A stretch of DNA of 64,000 nucleotides, from NCBI RefSeq assembly GCF_018977255.1, contig NW_024704742.1, positions 132,930,001 through 132,994,000 of the forward strand. Direction: 5' to 3'. Both the position numbers and the translations under genes were made by a program. Under the pieces are notes generated by a model. It was given only the letters and a program-made list of their open reading frames with translations. It was not told where the DNA came from and searched no databases. Source of the stretch: Callorhinchus milii. Taxonomy: Eukaryota. Shown here in pieces: positions 38,241-52,700 of the stretch. How positions within the stretch are numbered: position 1 is the stretch's first letter; every line of letters begins with the position of its first letter.

Positions 38241-39584
38241 TAACCAGTGTTTAATGACGGCTATAGACTAACTGGTGTAAACAATTGAAGGGTGACCATT
38301 TTTTATCTGGTGGTATTGTTGGCCAGGAAGCTCTCTTATCTCTTATCTCTTTGACTGTATCTTTAGTCTGCCTGCTCCCACCTGCTCAGTGACACTATCC
38401 TGCACTGTATTCAACTTAAGTTGCTGTCGCTCATTTCAAGCACATTTCCTTCTCTCACGTGTTGAGCTTCCACCTCTCTTTTCTTTATCAAAATATCTGT
38501 CTCTTTATAACCGGGTATGGCACGACATGTGAAAATGAAAATCACGCTGTTTAATAATAATTCCTTTTCTTCTCTCGGCGGGAGGAGGGACAGTACGGGA
38601 AAAAAAAATACCCTTGGATCCACGGAGAAACCCTGGAGGCGTTTGTAAGGGATTTGGTGAGGATTATATATTTGACAGTTATTAAATGTGATCTGTGAAG
38701 GCTTACACAACAGTTACTGGTGCTTTGAAGTTGTTGACATTTTTAAAGTTGTTGACTTGATCAGACTTGTTCTTAAACTTCCTCCCCCTCCCCCCACTCC
38801 CCCACCTTTATTAAAGATCTGTCGTCTCCTGGCTTGTGCTTATCCAGGAATTTTTTTTAACAACAGAGGCCACACAACTAACTTCACTTTTGTCTTTGGA
38901 TTACTGATGCGATTTACTGGCTATTCAGGGGGCCAGTGATATTATACTCTGACCATTCAGTGACCCCCATTTTTCTGTCCTGAGAGGAGAGGAGAAGAGA
39001 GGAGGGAATGTGAATTCAGCCAGCTCAGGTGAGATGTTCAATCCCGTGCAGATTTGCAGTCAGACCTATTACAGACTTGCTTACAAAGCCTGATTCGTGA
39101 GTCGACTGAGCCAAGTTTTTGCTGACTGACAAATAATGCGAAGAGTTGGGAGTAACTAGGCAGACAGCTAGTATGATAAAGTAAATATACTGCACATATA
39201 TAAGTAAATGTACCGTATATATAAAGTATTGGTACAACGACGCAGTGTTTAATGAAGCTTATTTTCTTATCATCCACTCGCATTAGGTAACGTGTTATTT
39301 TTGTTACTGACATTGATGAGCGCCCGTCAATGCTATTGTTTGTGGTGAACGTGTGTTGATCTTCTGGCTCTCAAGTATTGGCTATACATATCTACACAGG
39401 TTATTTTTCTCTGATCCAAGTGCTTATTTGTACCTGCTTCTTTCCCCGAAGAATTTGTGACCATATTCGGATTCGGAGAGAGATCTTATCTTCTGAGGGT
39501 CTTACTTGTGCCAAAGAAGCCTGGAGTTATCCAAGGCTGGAGTTTAATATATTAATTAGTTTAATAATATTACTTAACCACTAT

Positions 39585-40004
39585 AAGTAGTATCATGGTT
39601 AGCGTGCTTGCCTCCAAGGAAGAGGACCTGGGTTCGATTCCCAAGTGGGATGAAACCTTGGGCAAGTTTCCTTACTCCACATGTCTCTGTCTCCAGTTTA
39701 GCAGGAAATAGGAACCTGATTGTTAGTTGATTGTTTGATTGCTTTCCAGTGGTAATAATTTCCCCCTACACTCTCCCCCACCCTCTAAAAAATAATAATG
39801 CATTGATTCACTCCATGACTGTTTGTGGGTCACTGCTATGCTCATTAAGCAGCTGTGTTTCGCCCATAAAGAGCAGGCAGACTAAAGATACAGTCAAAGA
39901 GATAAAGTACAGTTAATCCACTTTGCAATACATTTTGTGAAGCACTTTGAGACGTCTCGACGATGCGATTAGGCTCTATATCAAATGCGAGAATTATTAT
40001 TATT
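39585..40004 (+). mobile_element. Family B SINE (diverged)
   Basis: B box GGGTTCGATTCC, CORE-like CCTTGGGCAAGTTTCCTTACTCCAC and an (ATT)n tail. Confidence 0.85.
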
Positions 40005-40006
40005 AC

Positions 40007-40560
40007 ATCCCAAGATATGCGGGGTCGGGGTTGGGAAGGGTGGAAGACAGGGGAAAAGTAGGGAGATCAAAATCATGGTCAAAGAGGAGGGTCTTGAGAT
40101 GGGTCTTGAAGGAGGCAAGGGAGGGGTCGAGGTGAAGGAACTGTGGGATGGAGTTCCAGAGGGTGGGGGCAGAGTGGCAGAAGTCCTGCTCACCAATAGT
40201 GGGGCAAGCCAGGCGGGGGACGTGAAGCAGACCAGATCCTGCTAAGCGGAGAGAGCGAGCAGGATGATAGGGGTTAGAAGGTTCAGAGGTAGAGGGGAGC
40301 AAGACCATGGAGGGCTTTGAAGGTGAGGACCAGGATCTTGAACTGTATCCTCTGTATAATGGGAGTCAGGCGAGGATGGGAGTGATAAGGTCATGGAGCC
40401 TATGCGGGACAGGACATGGGCTGCAGAGTTATAGATAATCTATCAGAGCCGCGAAATGTTGCGGAGGTGGGGAAGGCAGAGCTGGTCATGATGCAGATGG
40501 GTGTAGAAAGAATAGTTGAGGGTCAAACAAGACGCCAAGTTTCCGGACTGGCTTAGCAAG
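40007..40560 (-). mobile_element. L2 LINE ORF2 3' fragment
   Basis: Minus strand encodes YHPARSLRLAGSGLLHVPRLACPTIGEQDFCHSAPTLWNSIPQFL...FKTHLKTLLF. Confidence 0.88.
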
Positions 40561-40954
40561 GTGACTATGACCATGCAGTGAATGGCCAATTTAATCTAGG
40601 GGTTTGTTGGCCAAGACACTTGGAGAATAGCGCCATGGGATGTTTAGTATCCACCTGAACAGGCAGACGGGACCTCGGGTGAATTCCCAAATTCTTTCTC
40701 TCAAGCTTTCTTCTGCTTTGAAAGTTAAGTTAGAATAAAATCCACTGATTCATAAATCTGGCTTCTTCCTTCAAGGCTTTTAGATTCTTTGATTTTTTTA
40801 ATTGTACCGACTGCTTTGACCCAATTGTAAACATCCTTATGTCAGTAGAAACTGCCCAGCCTTGTCCTGTTCCTGGAAATCGTGAATAAGTAAATTGCAG
40901 GCAACGAAACACATGTATATACATGCATCGGTTCACTCAGACACTTATAGAAAA

Positions 40955-41115
40955 TCACACACACCAAAAAAATCACACACACACAAAATCACAAACACGC
41001 AAATCACACACACATTCGCATGCCCACTCTCAAATCACAAACTCATGTGCACTCACACAAACACACACACATTCACTCATATGCTTACACGCCCACTGTC
41101 AAACACACGCACACT
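40955..41115 (+). repeat. Degenerate (CA)n-rich low-complexity tract
   Basis: Interrupted ACAC repeats. Confidence 0.8.
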
Positions 41116-42665
41116 GCACTAGGGGTTTGTTACATTGTCGGAGACGCTGTCCTGCAACAGAGATGTTAACCCGAGATCCCGTCCGCCAATTCAGGAGGAT
41201 GTTGAAGATCCGACAGCACTATTTGCCAGTTGGGTTAGATGTGGGTTGGGGCTGTTTGAATGAATTGGTTCAGAAATTAGCTATTTAGGAACATGATGTT
41301 CAGCTGTGTGTTTATGTGCGATTTTAATATAGAAACATACAGAAGTTCGGCAGAAAAGAAGGTCATTTAGCCCGTCGTGCTACCACTTCAAGCCCTGGCA
41401 CCTCCCTATCTTTCCAACCTGCTAACTCCCCACTCCATCACCCGCCGCCACTGCTCGGTTGGCTCCAACTTCTTGCTGGTCCCTCGCTCCCTCCGCTCCA
41501 CCATTGGTGGCTGAGCTACTATGCCTCTAAATGTTGGAATTCCGTCCCTCAATCCCTCCGCCTTGGCGTTTCCTTCCCTTTTACAGATCATGTCTGAAGA
41601 CCTTCCTCTTCGACCGTGTTAACAGTTACCTCCCAGGCTCGGCTTCAGGCTCCGCCACTGTTAAGTGCTCCGAGGCTCACACACACACCAAAAAAATCGC
41701 GAAGGCTTCTGGTTACTTAGCAGTAAGTAGGAATCTGATTCTTAGTCGATGGGTGGATTGCTTTCTGGGGATAACAATCCCTCCAAAAACAAAAAGTGGT
41801 CATTCAACCATAACTGTTTGTGGGACACTGCTGTGCACAATTGGCTGCTGTGTTTCTTCCACAAAATACACAGTCAATCCACTTTACAATATATTCTGTG
41901 AAGCCCTTTGAGACATCTCAATGACATGATAAGTTGCTATATCAAATGCAAGGAATATTATAATTATTATTATTTTTTATTATCTCGTGCTTTCCCACTC
42001 TAGCATTTACAAGCTCACCAGCCCCATCTTCTCCAGAGGCTTGAGTTCCAGATCCTCATCCTCACCTTTAAAGCCCTCCACGGACTCACCCCCCCACCCC
42101 CAACCCCGCCACCTGTCGCACCTCTGCAACCTTTTCAAATGTGAAGCGCTTTGAGATATTTTGACTTATAAGTGCTATATCAAACATTGTTATTATCTTA
42201 TTTTTAAGTATTTGACTTTGCCAGATGAAACACAATGATTGTTTGACTCAGCAAATGCAACGCATCTTCTGCATTTTATATTGTAAAAGGGGGAGAAATT
42301 CCACTGGTATCCAGATTTACTCTATTTACTCATTTCCAAGCATTTAACATTTGGCAAATAGTTGAATTCAATCTTAACTTTCCAGTTGGCTCTGTGTCAT
42401 TTGTCAAGGAAACCTACTTAAAAATACCTTCAAAACTAAGGCTGCATTTATGAATTGGCCAAATTCTGCACATTCTGACGTGAAATATAATAAATCTGCA
42501 ATAGAATAAATCTAAACCCTGGTATAATTTATATCCCAATATACATTAACGGTCATGCAGCTTAGCTCATAGCTGTCTGTGGGATTTGTTGGTCCAAATA
42601 GCTGTCATTTTTGCCTGTGAAAATAGTCTTCAGACAGTAATTATTTAAGACAATATTAATTTGAG

Positions 42666-42897
<232 letters not shown>

Positions 42898-44339
42898 TAT
42901 GCATCGTGGCTTTAAAGCTGTGCTTTTTCTAAGCACCAACTAAAGCGCTCATTACCCATCAATCGCAGGGGTACATGCTGAGTCTGTTGCATTGAAAGGA
43001 AGCATTAGGTGCTTGAGAATGTGCTGTGAGCATTGTAAGAGGATCGGTCTGATCGTGAAATAGAGGAGTTATTGATACTGCTGTCAGGGCCACGGGTTAA
43101 CTCAAAGGTTTTGAGAAATTCTCCATTAGAAAACGTTGCTCCACGGGAAACCCATTTTTGCAAGTCAAGAAGAAATATTATGTTGCTTCTTCTCTTTCCC
43201 TTTCCTCAGAAAATAATGTATTCGGGGTTTGTTTTATCGTTCCCTTGAGCAAAATTCTTAGTTGAAAAGGAAGTTGTCCATGTACATCTGGACTAATGGT
43301 GCCAATTGTTTTAAGTATGTGTGTCGCTGTGTTCATTGAGGTCAAGAGGGCGCCAGTTCTGTTTTAATAATGTCAAAGGGCGCGAGTCGTAAAGCGGTTG
43401 ACCCCTGCATTAAATTGCATCGAAGCAGGGTTTTTGTGTTGAACAACGGAGATGTAGCTATTCTGTCCAACAGAGTTGACCACGCGTTGGCTCGGCAGTG
43501 GGGGAGTTCACGTTGACTGCCTCGGGGGTGGGAAATGTCCAACAAGGGACAAGTGATCATTACAACTATGTGCCATTGAGAAAAGAATGTCTTAATGTCT
43601 ACTGCTGGACGTGACCAGTGGGGGAAGCGGGGGAGGCAGGAGTTAAAGTTGAGTTTCAGAGCTGGGAATGTCAAGTTCCCACCGGGGTGATTGATTCAGG
43701 GTCTCGCACTGTGAGGGGAAGGATATAAAGCATTTGTTCAGAAAGAAAAGGTCACAAATAACCAGCAGACTCTCATGAGAAATATTAGGTTAAAAGCGCT
43801 GGAGATTACAAGCGAGAATTGGATGAAGAATGCTCTTCTGCCCATTTAATGCAATAAAACTCAGCCTGGCTCAGTTGGTAATAATAAGAATAATCCTTGC
43901 ACTTGGTATAACGCCCTTCACATCGAGAAGACATCACAAAGCACTTCATAGTATATATTGTACTGTAAAATGTTTCGCAAGTGTTTCGCAAATGCAGCTA
44001 CCCGTGTGATTTTATGCAGGCTGCAAAATACACAGTCACTACTTTTATGGTGAATTCTGTGAAGTGCTTTGAGACATACTCTCAATGTAACAGGTGCTAT
44101 TCTCGAATGCAAGGATTCTTATTTATTATTAAATCCTGTGGAGCACTTTGAGACTTCTCCGTCACATGCAAGGCGTATTGTAAATATAACAGCTGATGCA
44201 GCAAAGAATGACTGTGATTCTCTTGAAAAGATTGGACTGTTTACTCTATGTCATTTACATCAATGCAGAAGTCAGTACTGTACAACATTAGGGTGACTGA
44301 CCAAGCTAGTGTTGGGTGGGTGGAACAGGCCTTCTGCGA

Positions 44340-44740
44340 CAACAACAACAACAACAACTTGGATTTACATAGCGCCCTCCACGGCGGACTGTGTCTCAGA
44401 GCGCTTCACAGTAACGGATCCCAGGACCGAGCCAGGGGGAGGGGAGGAAGGTGACCAAAGACGCGGTCGAAAAGAAAGGTCCTCAGCAGAGACCTGAAAA
44501 TAGGAAGGGAGGGAGCGAGACGAAGGGAGTGAGGAAGGGAGTTCCAGAGCCTCGGGGCATAGTAGTTGAAGGCACGGCCGCCAAGGGTGGAGCAGTGGAC
44601 TCAGGGGACGAGGAGGAGGCCAGACCCGGAGGAACGAAGGCAACGGGTACTGTTTTGAGGAGAGAGGAGGTCAGAGAGGTAAGGGGGTGCAGAGGAGTGG
44701 AGGGATTTGAATACAAGGATGAGGATCTTGCATCCACCTT
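44340..44740 (-). mobile_element. L2 LINE 3' end, second subfamily, with (TTG)n tail
   Basis: Minus strand encodes KILILVFKSLHSSAPPYLSDLLSPQNSTRCLRSSGSGLLLVP. The tail stem-loop variant is GCGCTCTGAGACACAGTCCGCCGTGGAGGGCGC. Related pieces lie at 54770-54830 and 54975-55200. Confidence 0.88.
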
Positions 44741-45873
44741 GTTCAGTAATTATTATATTCAAGTAAGTACTCAGGGAGTAGGTGAGATTTAACAAATATC
44801 TGCTGGTTTTGACAACTTTGCAAAGGTCTGATCAATTTCTAGCTGAGTGAGCGCAAAAACGTCTTCTCAAGGATAGTACAGAGTTGATGCATTTATGTAG
44901 AGTCCATTTTCCCTGCATTGACTTTCAGTGAAATATTCGCCTGCTTTCTCGGTTTTTCCGATTTCCCATAAAAAATAACAACCAGACAGCAAAAAAAACA
45001 AACACTGAATTTCATAGCTGTTTACGGGACATTGCTGCATGCAATTGGGCCGCCACGTTTGCTATAAATACACAGTTGCTCCACCTCACAGTGAATCTAG
45101 TGAAGCACTTTGGGACGTTCTCCTGACTTGAAAGGCCCAACACCAAATGCAAGGATTATTTTTTTTACCGTAGCATAGTGGTTAGCGTCCTTGCCTCGCA
45201 AGCGAGAGGTTTGATTCCCGGGCAGGGCAAAACCTTAGGCAAATTTCCTTTCTTCACACACCTCTGTGCTGCGCACAATTGGCTGCCACGTTTTGCCCAT
45301 AAAATACGAAGTCAATTCACTTTACAATGTACTCTGTGAAACGCTTTGAGACGTCTCAATGACACGATAAGGTGCTATTTCAAATGCAAGGTTTATTATT
45401 AATTGACTATCCTTCAAAAGTGCCCAGAGAGAGAGAGAGAGAGTGAGAGAGTCTGGGCTCCACAACTGTTCCAGATTATAATACCACAACTGCAGGGTCT
45501 CTTAATGAGCCTCTTAAATATAATGTGGGATCAATCCAGTGGTGCAAACCTGTTTGAAGGAATGATGGCTAATCTCCCCCGGTGCCCGAGGCCACCTGTT
45601 AACTGAATGGTGTATGTAGTTAAACTGATTAAAAGTTTGCACTGAAATCATTTGAACTTTCGGGAGAACAGTCCTGGGAAATTTGGCTTAATTTAGTTTA
45701 GGATCCAGCCCTGTCGTTGTCTGCACCCCCACCCCCCACACCCCCACCAAATAACGGTTGTCTGACTACAACTCCTGTCTTCATCCATATTTTTTTTCAA
45801 TGATATAGCAAAGACTGAAACTCACGACTAATTTACTTCTGCAAAACGAAACAATGTTATACACCCGATTTCG

Positions 45874-45900
45874 ATGTGTGTGTGTGTGTGTGTGTGTGTG
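45874..45900 (+). repeat. (TG)n microsatellite
   Basis: About 13 perfect TG units. Confidence 0.95.
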
Positions 45901-45989
45901 ATACCTGCAGGTCGAATCTGCTGTGAACGGGACTGTTTTTCACTCCATGTGCACATTGTCAAATAAAGTTTCTTGGGAGCATCGGAACA

Positions 45990-46215
45990 GGAACATAAGA
46001 ACATAAGAATTTGCAAGGCGAGAGAAGACCAAGGTCCATCAGTTTGCCTTCCACCATCCTGGGCAGTCGCATGACATGTCGTGACCCAAACTATTTACTA
46101 TATCTCAAGATATTATTTCCTGGCAGAAATGTATCTAATTTGTTCTTGAAAGAATCAGCACTTTCTGCTTCCACCGTACTCCATATGTTTACTACTCGCT
46201 CACTGAAATAGTGTT
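45990..46215 (-). mobile_element. CR1 LINE 3' terminal fragment
   Basis: Minus strand encodes YFSERVVNIWSTVEAESADSFKNKLDTFL and ends in (TTCTTATG)n-type tail repeats. Confidence 0.75.
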
Positions 46216-46931
46216 TCTGCAGATTTGAAGAAGGAGGCCATTCAGCCCATTGAACCTGTTGCTTAGAACATGAAAGGCCCTTGAACTGGCTCCAAAGTGA
46301 CTTGCTTGCCAACAGAATGTCAGAATTGACCTCTGTGGCGGTCTCGGTAGTCCAACTCCTGAATCCAGGGCCCCGAGTTCTGTGTTTCGCCCACAAAGTA
46401 TACAGTCAATTCACTTTACAGTATGATTTGTGAAGCACTTTGAGACGTCTCGAAGACGTGATAAGCTGCTATATCAAATGCAAGGATTATTATTAGTATA
46501 GTTGGCTATGTGAAGCCATGACATGACATGACATGAAAGGTGCCGTATAAAAGTGGTTGTTGGTTTATGCTGGTGTTGAGTATTCAGGATTCAGGCTGAG
46601 CAGAGACAAATAACCCGTTTGGGATAGAGATAGATGGAGCGAGCCAGCTGTTTGGAATGCTATTTAAACTTGAATGGGAAGTGTGGTGGTGGTGGTGGTG
46701 TGGTGGGCATGGAGGAGTATCTGGAAGTGGGTGTGCTGTAAATCACATCTGGCCAAAACACTTAAAAGTGCTCTGTGTGGTACTATTCACTGTGATCTGG
46801 TGTAGCTTATAATAGAACATTATAAATGTGTACTCTGTGAATCTCTTAGCGCTTTAGTTATTTGATGTTCACAATCATCGGCTACGTTAAAAGCTGGGTG
46901 GGTGATCAGATAGATTGGTGTTTTGTTTTGA

Positions 46932-47770
46932 TCAGCTGGGTGTCTGACACACGCGGAAACCTGTCATTGTGTTTTGGAACATTCCCGGGTGGGGCAAAAC
47001 CTAAGGGAAACCAAATTTCCCTACACCACACACCTCTCTTTATCTAGCAGTTAGTATGAAGCTGGTTGTTAGTCGATTGGTGGATGACTTTACAGGGGTA
47101 ATAATCCCTCCAGAAAAAAACAATTTGGTCACTCAATCCATGACTGTTTGTGGGACACTGCTGTGCGCAATTAGCTGCCCACAAAATACATTGTCCAGTC
47201 CACTTTTCCAGTATATTCTGTGAAGCGCTTTGAGCTCTCTCAATGATGTGATAAGGCGCTACATTAAATGCAAGGATCATTATTCTTATTATTAATATCT
47301 AAACCAGACTGAGAGCTCTACACACTCGTGAATAATTACCAGTTCCTGGAATAGAATGCTCCCTCTCTCTCCCTGGAGGGATGCATCCTGCTTACCTAAG
47401 TCGGGAAAGTATTAAGCGTAGTTTGGCAAGAGCCAAGGCTTGGGGGACCCCAGAGTGCGTGTTGGAATATTGTATTCGCCGTGGTTTTGGCAAAGAGAGT
47501 GCTGTCTGGCAAGCATTGCTGCTGCTTGTCCAGCTGTTCACCCCACCTGTTGGAGATTTGACTTGCAGGGTAACAAGAGCAGAGTGCTGCCTCCTCCCCT
47601 CCCCTCTCTCCCTCCCCCCACCCCAGTCTACCCCTTCAAACTCAGCCAACGAGCCAGGCTGGATGGTCTGTCATCAACAAGGATCGGAAGTAGCGCGGAC
47701 CCACCTGGCTCAGGAAATGGATTGCTGAGACCCCCACAGAGGGTCAACTCGATTCCAACATTCCTTTGCC
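46932..47770 (+). repeat. Family X copy interrupted by a 5'-truncated family B SINE (~46981-47294)
   Basis: The 5' block TCAGCTGGGTGTCTGACACACGCGGAAACC is followed by the SINE, and family X then resumes at TATCTAAACCAGACTGAGAG. Confidence 0.8.
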
Positions 47771-49799
47771 CAGCACGTCACCTTGGAGCCAACTCAGCCC
47801 CAGAAGGAGACCTGGTTGAATCTCCAGGGAGGAAAATGCACAGTGATGCTCACAATAGCCCTCTGTTGTCACACAGCTCCCCAGTGCCAGGTGGCGGGCA
47901 CTTCTCCAATGCCGTTACCAGTGTGAGTAATGACTTTGGTTAGTTTTCTGAAGGGTTACAAGGTGGGACATCCGACTCGGAGCCAGCCCACATCGCAACT
48001 GCTGCAACCAATTTGTATGGAAATTAAACTAAATCATTAAAATGTGATGCAGATGGAATATGTTTTTAAGCTTTATTCCCAATTTAGTAGTGTGTAATTT
48101 GTTAGCTAGAACCAATTTTCTGCGTTTTACAGTTAAGAGGAATGTTTTACATTAGGATGAATGACAAATTATTTTGGTACATTGAAAACACATGCAGCCC
48201 GAGATTAAATCGCTTAACTATTGAACCAGAAAATAAGTAAGAATTAATGCTAACGAAAGGGGAATAGGAAACAATCGTGAACCATGCAGCTAGGGTTTTG
48301 GGGGGATTCAGAAAGAGATGCCTTTCATTCTTCGCAATCCTTCATTAACATGTTAACACTATCTCTGTTGTACTTTACCAAGACCTCTGAGTTCAGTGTC
48401 AGAGTATCAGGGTTAGGCCTTGGTTGTCGCCTGATAGAATGGGTTTGTCCCAGGATTTACTTCACAGGCAGCATGAGGAGTTCCTATTCCTTTAGCCTTG
48501 CAAATGGTTAACCCTTTGAGCACCGCTCCGCGGTTGTGAATGTATCAATAATTCCATCCTTCAGATGAGACTTTAACCCGAGGTCCCACCTACTGTTCAG
48601 GTGGATGTTAAAGATCCTATGGCACTTTTTCGAAAAGAGAAGGAGTTTCCCTCTCCCGGTCTCCTGGCCAACAATCCCCCAAAATAAAATTGGTCACCCG
48701 CTCCATGGCTGTTTGTGGGACACTGCTGTGCGCAACTGCCTGCCGCATTTCACCCATAAAATACACAGTCAATCCACGTTACGTTATATCTGGGATCCGC
48801 TTTGAGATATCTCAGCCATGTGATGAGGCACTATATCAAATGCAGGGATTATTATGATTATTAATAAACATCCCTTGTGTTTAATGTAGCGCCTTTCACA
48901 ACAGGAGGGCGTCTTGATGGGATTTTTCTCTAAAGTGTAGGGACTGTGTGCTTCTTGCCTATTCAGTAACCGCTGTTTGCTCAATACACTCATTTAATTC
49001 AATGCTCTTCCCGTCTTCATACAGGTCTAATGCTAAATGGGCAGAGAAAGTAAACCCAAAAGAATAATAATCCTTGTGTTTGATACCATGTCGACAAGGC
49101 GCTTCACTGGGTTTACTGTAAAGTGCAGAGACTTGTATTTGTAGAGAAAGTCGCAGCACAATGTGCCACAACCTTCCTTTGAGCAAACACATTTTAAATT
49201 CCTAATCTTTAACTCGTGTTCCCTGCAATTTGAATCCTTCGTCAGAATGAGCAATTATATCAACATTATCAAGCTGTTGTTATTAATCTTCAAAAAGCTT
49301 GACCAGTTCATTTCAAAGCCATTGCTGTTCCAAAGAACACAGATTTAACTTCTTTAACCTCATACTTTAAATTGGGTGTCCGCCTGCCTGGCTCAATGGA
49401 TAGCACTCTCACCTCTGTGTCAGAAGGTTGAGGGTTCAAACCCCTGGTCAGCCATTTGACCTCTAAAGTCCAGCTGACACTCCAGGGGAGGTCTGCATTC
49501 TCACACATGCCGTTCTTCAGATGAGACGTTAAACCAAAGCTCCATCTGCCTGTTATGATGGACCCTGGCACTATTTGAAAAGAGAAGGGAGCTTCTCCTA
49601 GTATCCTGGCCAACAATTCTCCCAGATAAAATTGGTCATTCACTTGGTGGCTGTTTGTGAAAGGCACCATACCATATGCAAGGATTATTATTGTTGCTGT
49701 TTGTGGCCTAGGATTGGCAGAGATCTGGCATATCCTCACCTCCATTTCTGAAGCTAGTTTTCCTCCTGAGGGAGGGAGGGAGAGAAGGGGGATAATGTA

Positions 49800-50131
49800 A
49801 TAATAATCCTTGCGTTTGATATAGCACCTTATCACATCATTGAGATGTCTCAAAGCTCTTCGCAGAATATACTATAAAGTGAATTAACTATAAATTTTGT
49901 GGGCGAAACACGTCAGGCAATTGCACACAGCTGTCTCCCACAAACTATTTAGAGAGATTATTAACCCCTGAAAGCGATCCACCAATCGACTAACAACCGG
50001 GTTCCTAGTTACTGCGAAGTAAACAGAGGCGTGTGGAGTAAGAAAACTTGCCAAAGATTTTGCCCTGCCTAGGAATCGAACCCAGGGCCTCTCGCTTGCG
50101 AAGTGAGTGCTTTAACCACCACGCTACAGGG
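49800..50131 (-). mobile_element. Full-length family B SINE
   Basis: Reverse complement of the consensus with an intact head. Confidence 0.88.
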
Positions 50132-52329
50132 ATGGAAAGGGAAAAGGGTGCGGAGGTGGAGATTCAGACAGAGTCAATAGCTGAGTGGCCACATTATGGT
50201 AGTGACAGCCACTGCAAATACCTGGCACATCCTTTTGGGGGCTGCGCTGCCGAACACCTCCTGATCTGTCCAGGGAAGCTGAAGTGTACTTTGAGAATTC
50301 CTAACGTTCCAGGAGATCACTGTATCCGTGTTCTGTGAGAGCCTGTGGTTTGTGAGTTATGTAATGGAGTCATGAGCCACGACCAAATGCCATGCCATCC
50401 ACAAAAACTCAGAACCTATCTGTGCACTATCATCATCTCTCTCTCTCTCGCTTTCTGTGTCTCTCTCTCTCAGACATAGCCAGCACATTAATAATAATAA
50501 TAATAAATAATCTTTGCATTTGCCACAGCGCCTTTCATGTCGGGAGGACATCCCAAAGCGCTGAGTAGGATATACTGTAAAGTGCAGTGACTGTGGGTTT
50601 TGTGGGTGAATATGGCAACAGTAGCTGCTGAATTTGCCCATCCCATCTAACAACAATATTCACTGCATTTCTGGTTATTCTCATTCTGTGAAGAGTTTGG
50701 GGGCAGATGCATGTTTTATGAGAAAGTCCCTGAACAGATCGAATTTGCTTTGAGTAGAAAACAATAAACAAGTCAAACGGTCTCCCAGGTTAGAATCATA
50801 AAAATCCAAACATCCCTTCCCCTTACTATTCTTTCACACTACCTTCAAAACTCTTCTCAGAATACATCTCTCTAACCATTTTTTTTCAAATGTTGCGCCT
50901 TTCTCGTCGGGAGAACATCTCAAAGTGCTTCACAGGATTTTACCGGCAGGGCTTAATGTTGGGCAAGTTACCTTATTCCACACGCCTCTGTTTACCTAGC
51001 AGTAAGTAGGAAACCGGTTGTTAGTCAATTGTCGGATTGCTTTTCCCTGTGTGATAATTTCTTCAAAAAAATAATAATAATAAATTGGTCACTTTAACCC
51101 ACCACTGTTCGTGGGAAACTGCTGTGTGCAATTGTCTGCCGCGTTTCACCCACAAAATATGCAGTTAATTCACTTTATAGTATTTTCTGTGAAGCGCTTT
51201 GAGATGACTCGAAGATGTGATAAGGCGCTGTATCAAATGCAAGGATTATTATTATTATTAAAGTAGCGTGACTGTTGTTTGGACATCACCCTTTGGAGTC
51301 AGAAGCTTATGGGTTCCATCCCTAAATCAGGACTATGAACTCATATCGTCTAGGTTGACACTCCAATGTAATATTGGGGGGGGGTTTGCATTGTTGGACG
51401 TGCTGTCCTGCAGATGAAAAGTTGCACCAAGGTCTGCAGTTCTGCCTGCGCAGGTGGACGTTAAAGATCCCATGGCAAGATGTGAAAAGATGAGGGAGTT
51501 TCTCCTGGTGTCTTGGCTAACAATTCCCCAAGTACAATTGGTCATTTGTTTCATGGCTTTTTGTGGGACATTGCTGTGCGCATAAATTGGCTGTCGCATT
51601 CGCCTACAAATGCACAGTCACTGCACTTTGCCTATATTAAGAAGTAACAGCAAGAGCAGGATATACTGCAACGGAATTGGTGCCACAATCCTGTTTAAAC
51701 TCTATTTGCTCATTAATCAATACAATACAAATTTACATTTATCCTTTCATGTTGGGAGGACGTTGGGAGGTGCTTAAAAATAATGGCGTGGCACCTGAGC
51801 TGGGAGGTGGGAGCTGATGGGGTTGGGGAGGGGTAAGATGACCGAAAGGAAGGTCAAAAAGGTAGACCTTGAACGAGGGAGGTGAGGGAGCGAGCAACGC
51901 CAGTGTTTGATGCAGAAAATGTTTGGTTGACTTATTGCAATCAGACGTGTTCCTCAGTAATCGGTTGAAGTGGGTGTTACAGCAATTGCCCGCTAATGGC
52001 TCATGGCTGTGTTCAATTAACTGTGGAAAAAGTGGGTTTGCCAAATATATACTTAACCCTGGATGAAGAGTAAAAGGTGCCGCTGTTAAATAGGCACTAA
52101 AGGTGATGGACCGCAGGACACTTTCATCCATCACCTTTAATTATTTTTAAACAAAAGCCATTTGCGGCACATTTCCGTGGCCTCTGCCGGTCACACTGCG
52201 CTTGAAAACTGTTTACAGCTGTTTGCGTCCTGCGCGCACATCTGGATTTAAAAGCTAAGGTGTTAGCCCGGCTCATTTGGTAGCACTCACACCTCTGAGT
52301 CACTTATAACAATAATAGGGCGGAATCCA

Positions 52330-52700
52330 ATAATAATCCTTGCATTTGGTGTTGCACCTTTCACATGGTGAAAATTTCCCAAAGAGCTTCAAACGGTATA
52401 CTGTAAAGTGCAGCAACTGTGTGTTTTGTGGGTGAATATGACAGCCAATTTGTGCAAAGCAATTTCTCACTAACAATCATGAAGTCAATGACAAATTTTA
52501 TCAAGAGCATTGTTTGGCCAGAACACTGGGAGAAACTCCCTTCTCTTTTTGAATAGTGCCATGGATCTTTAACTCCCACCTCCGTGCCCTCAGCACTGCA
52601 TTGGAGTGTTATCTTAGACGATGTGATTCCTGAAGTGGGCTTTAACACACAACCTTCTGACTCAGATGTGAGAGCGCTTCCAACTGAGCCAGGCTGACAA
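52330..52700 (-). mobile_element. Near full-length Deu-domain SINE
   Basis: Minus strand GTCAGCCTGGCTCAGTTGG head, Deu domain and tail. Confidence 0.8.

Noticed and set aside
43338..43356. CTCF-like GGTCAAGAGGGCGCCAG
   Set aside because: It lacks the 5' CC of the core motif, so the match is too weak.
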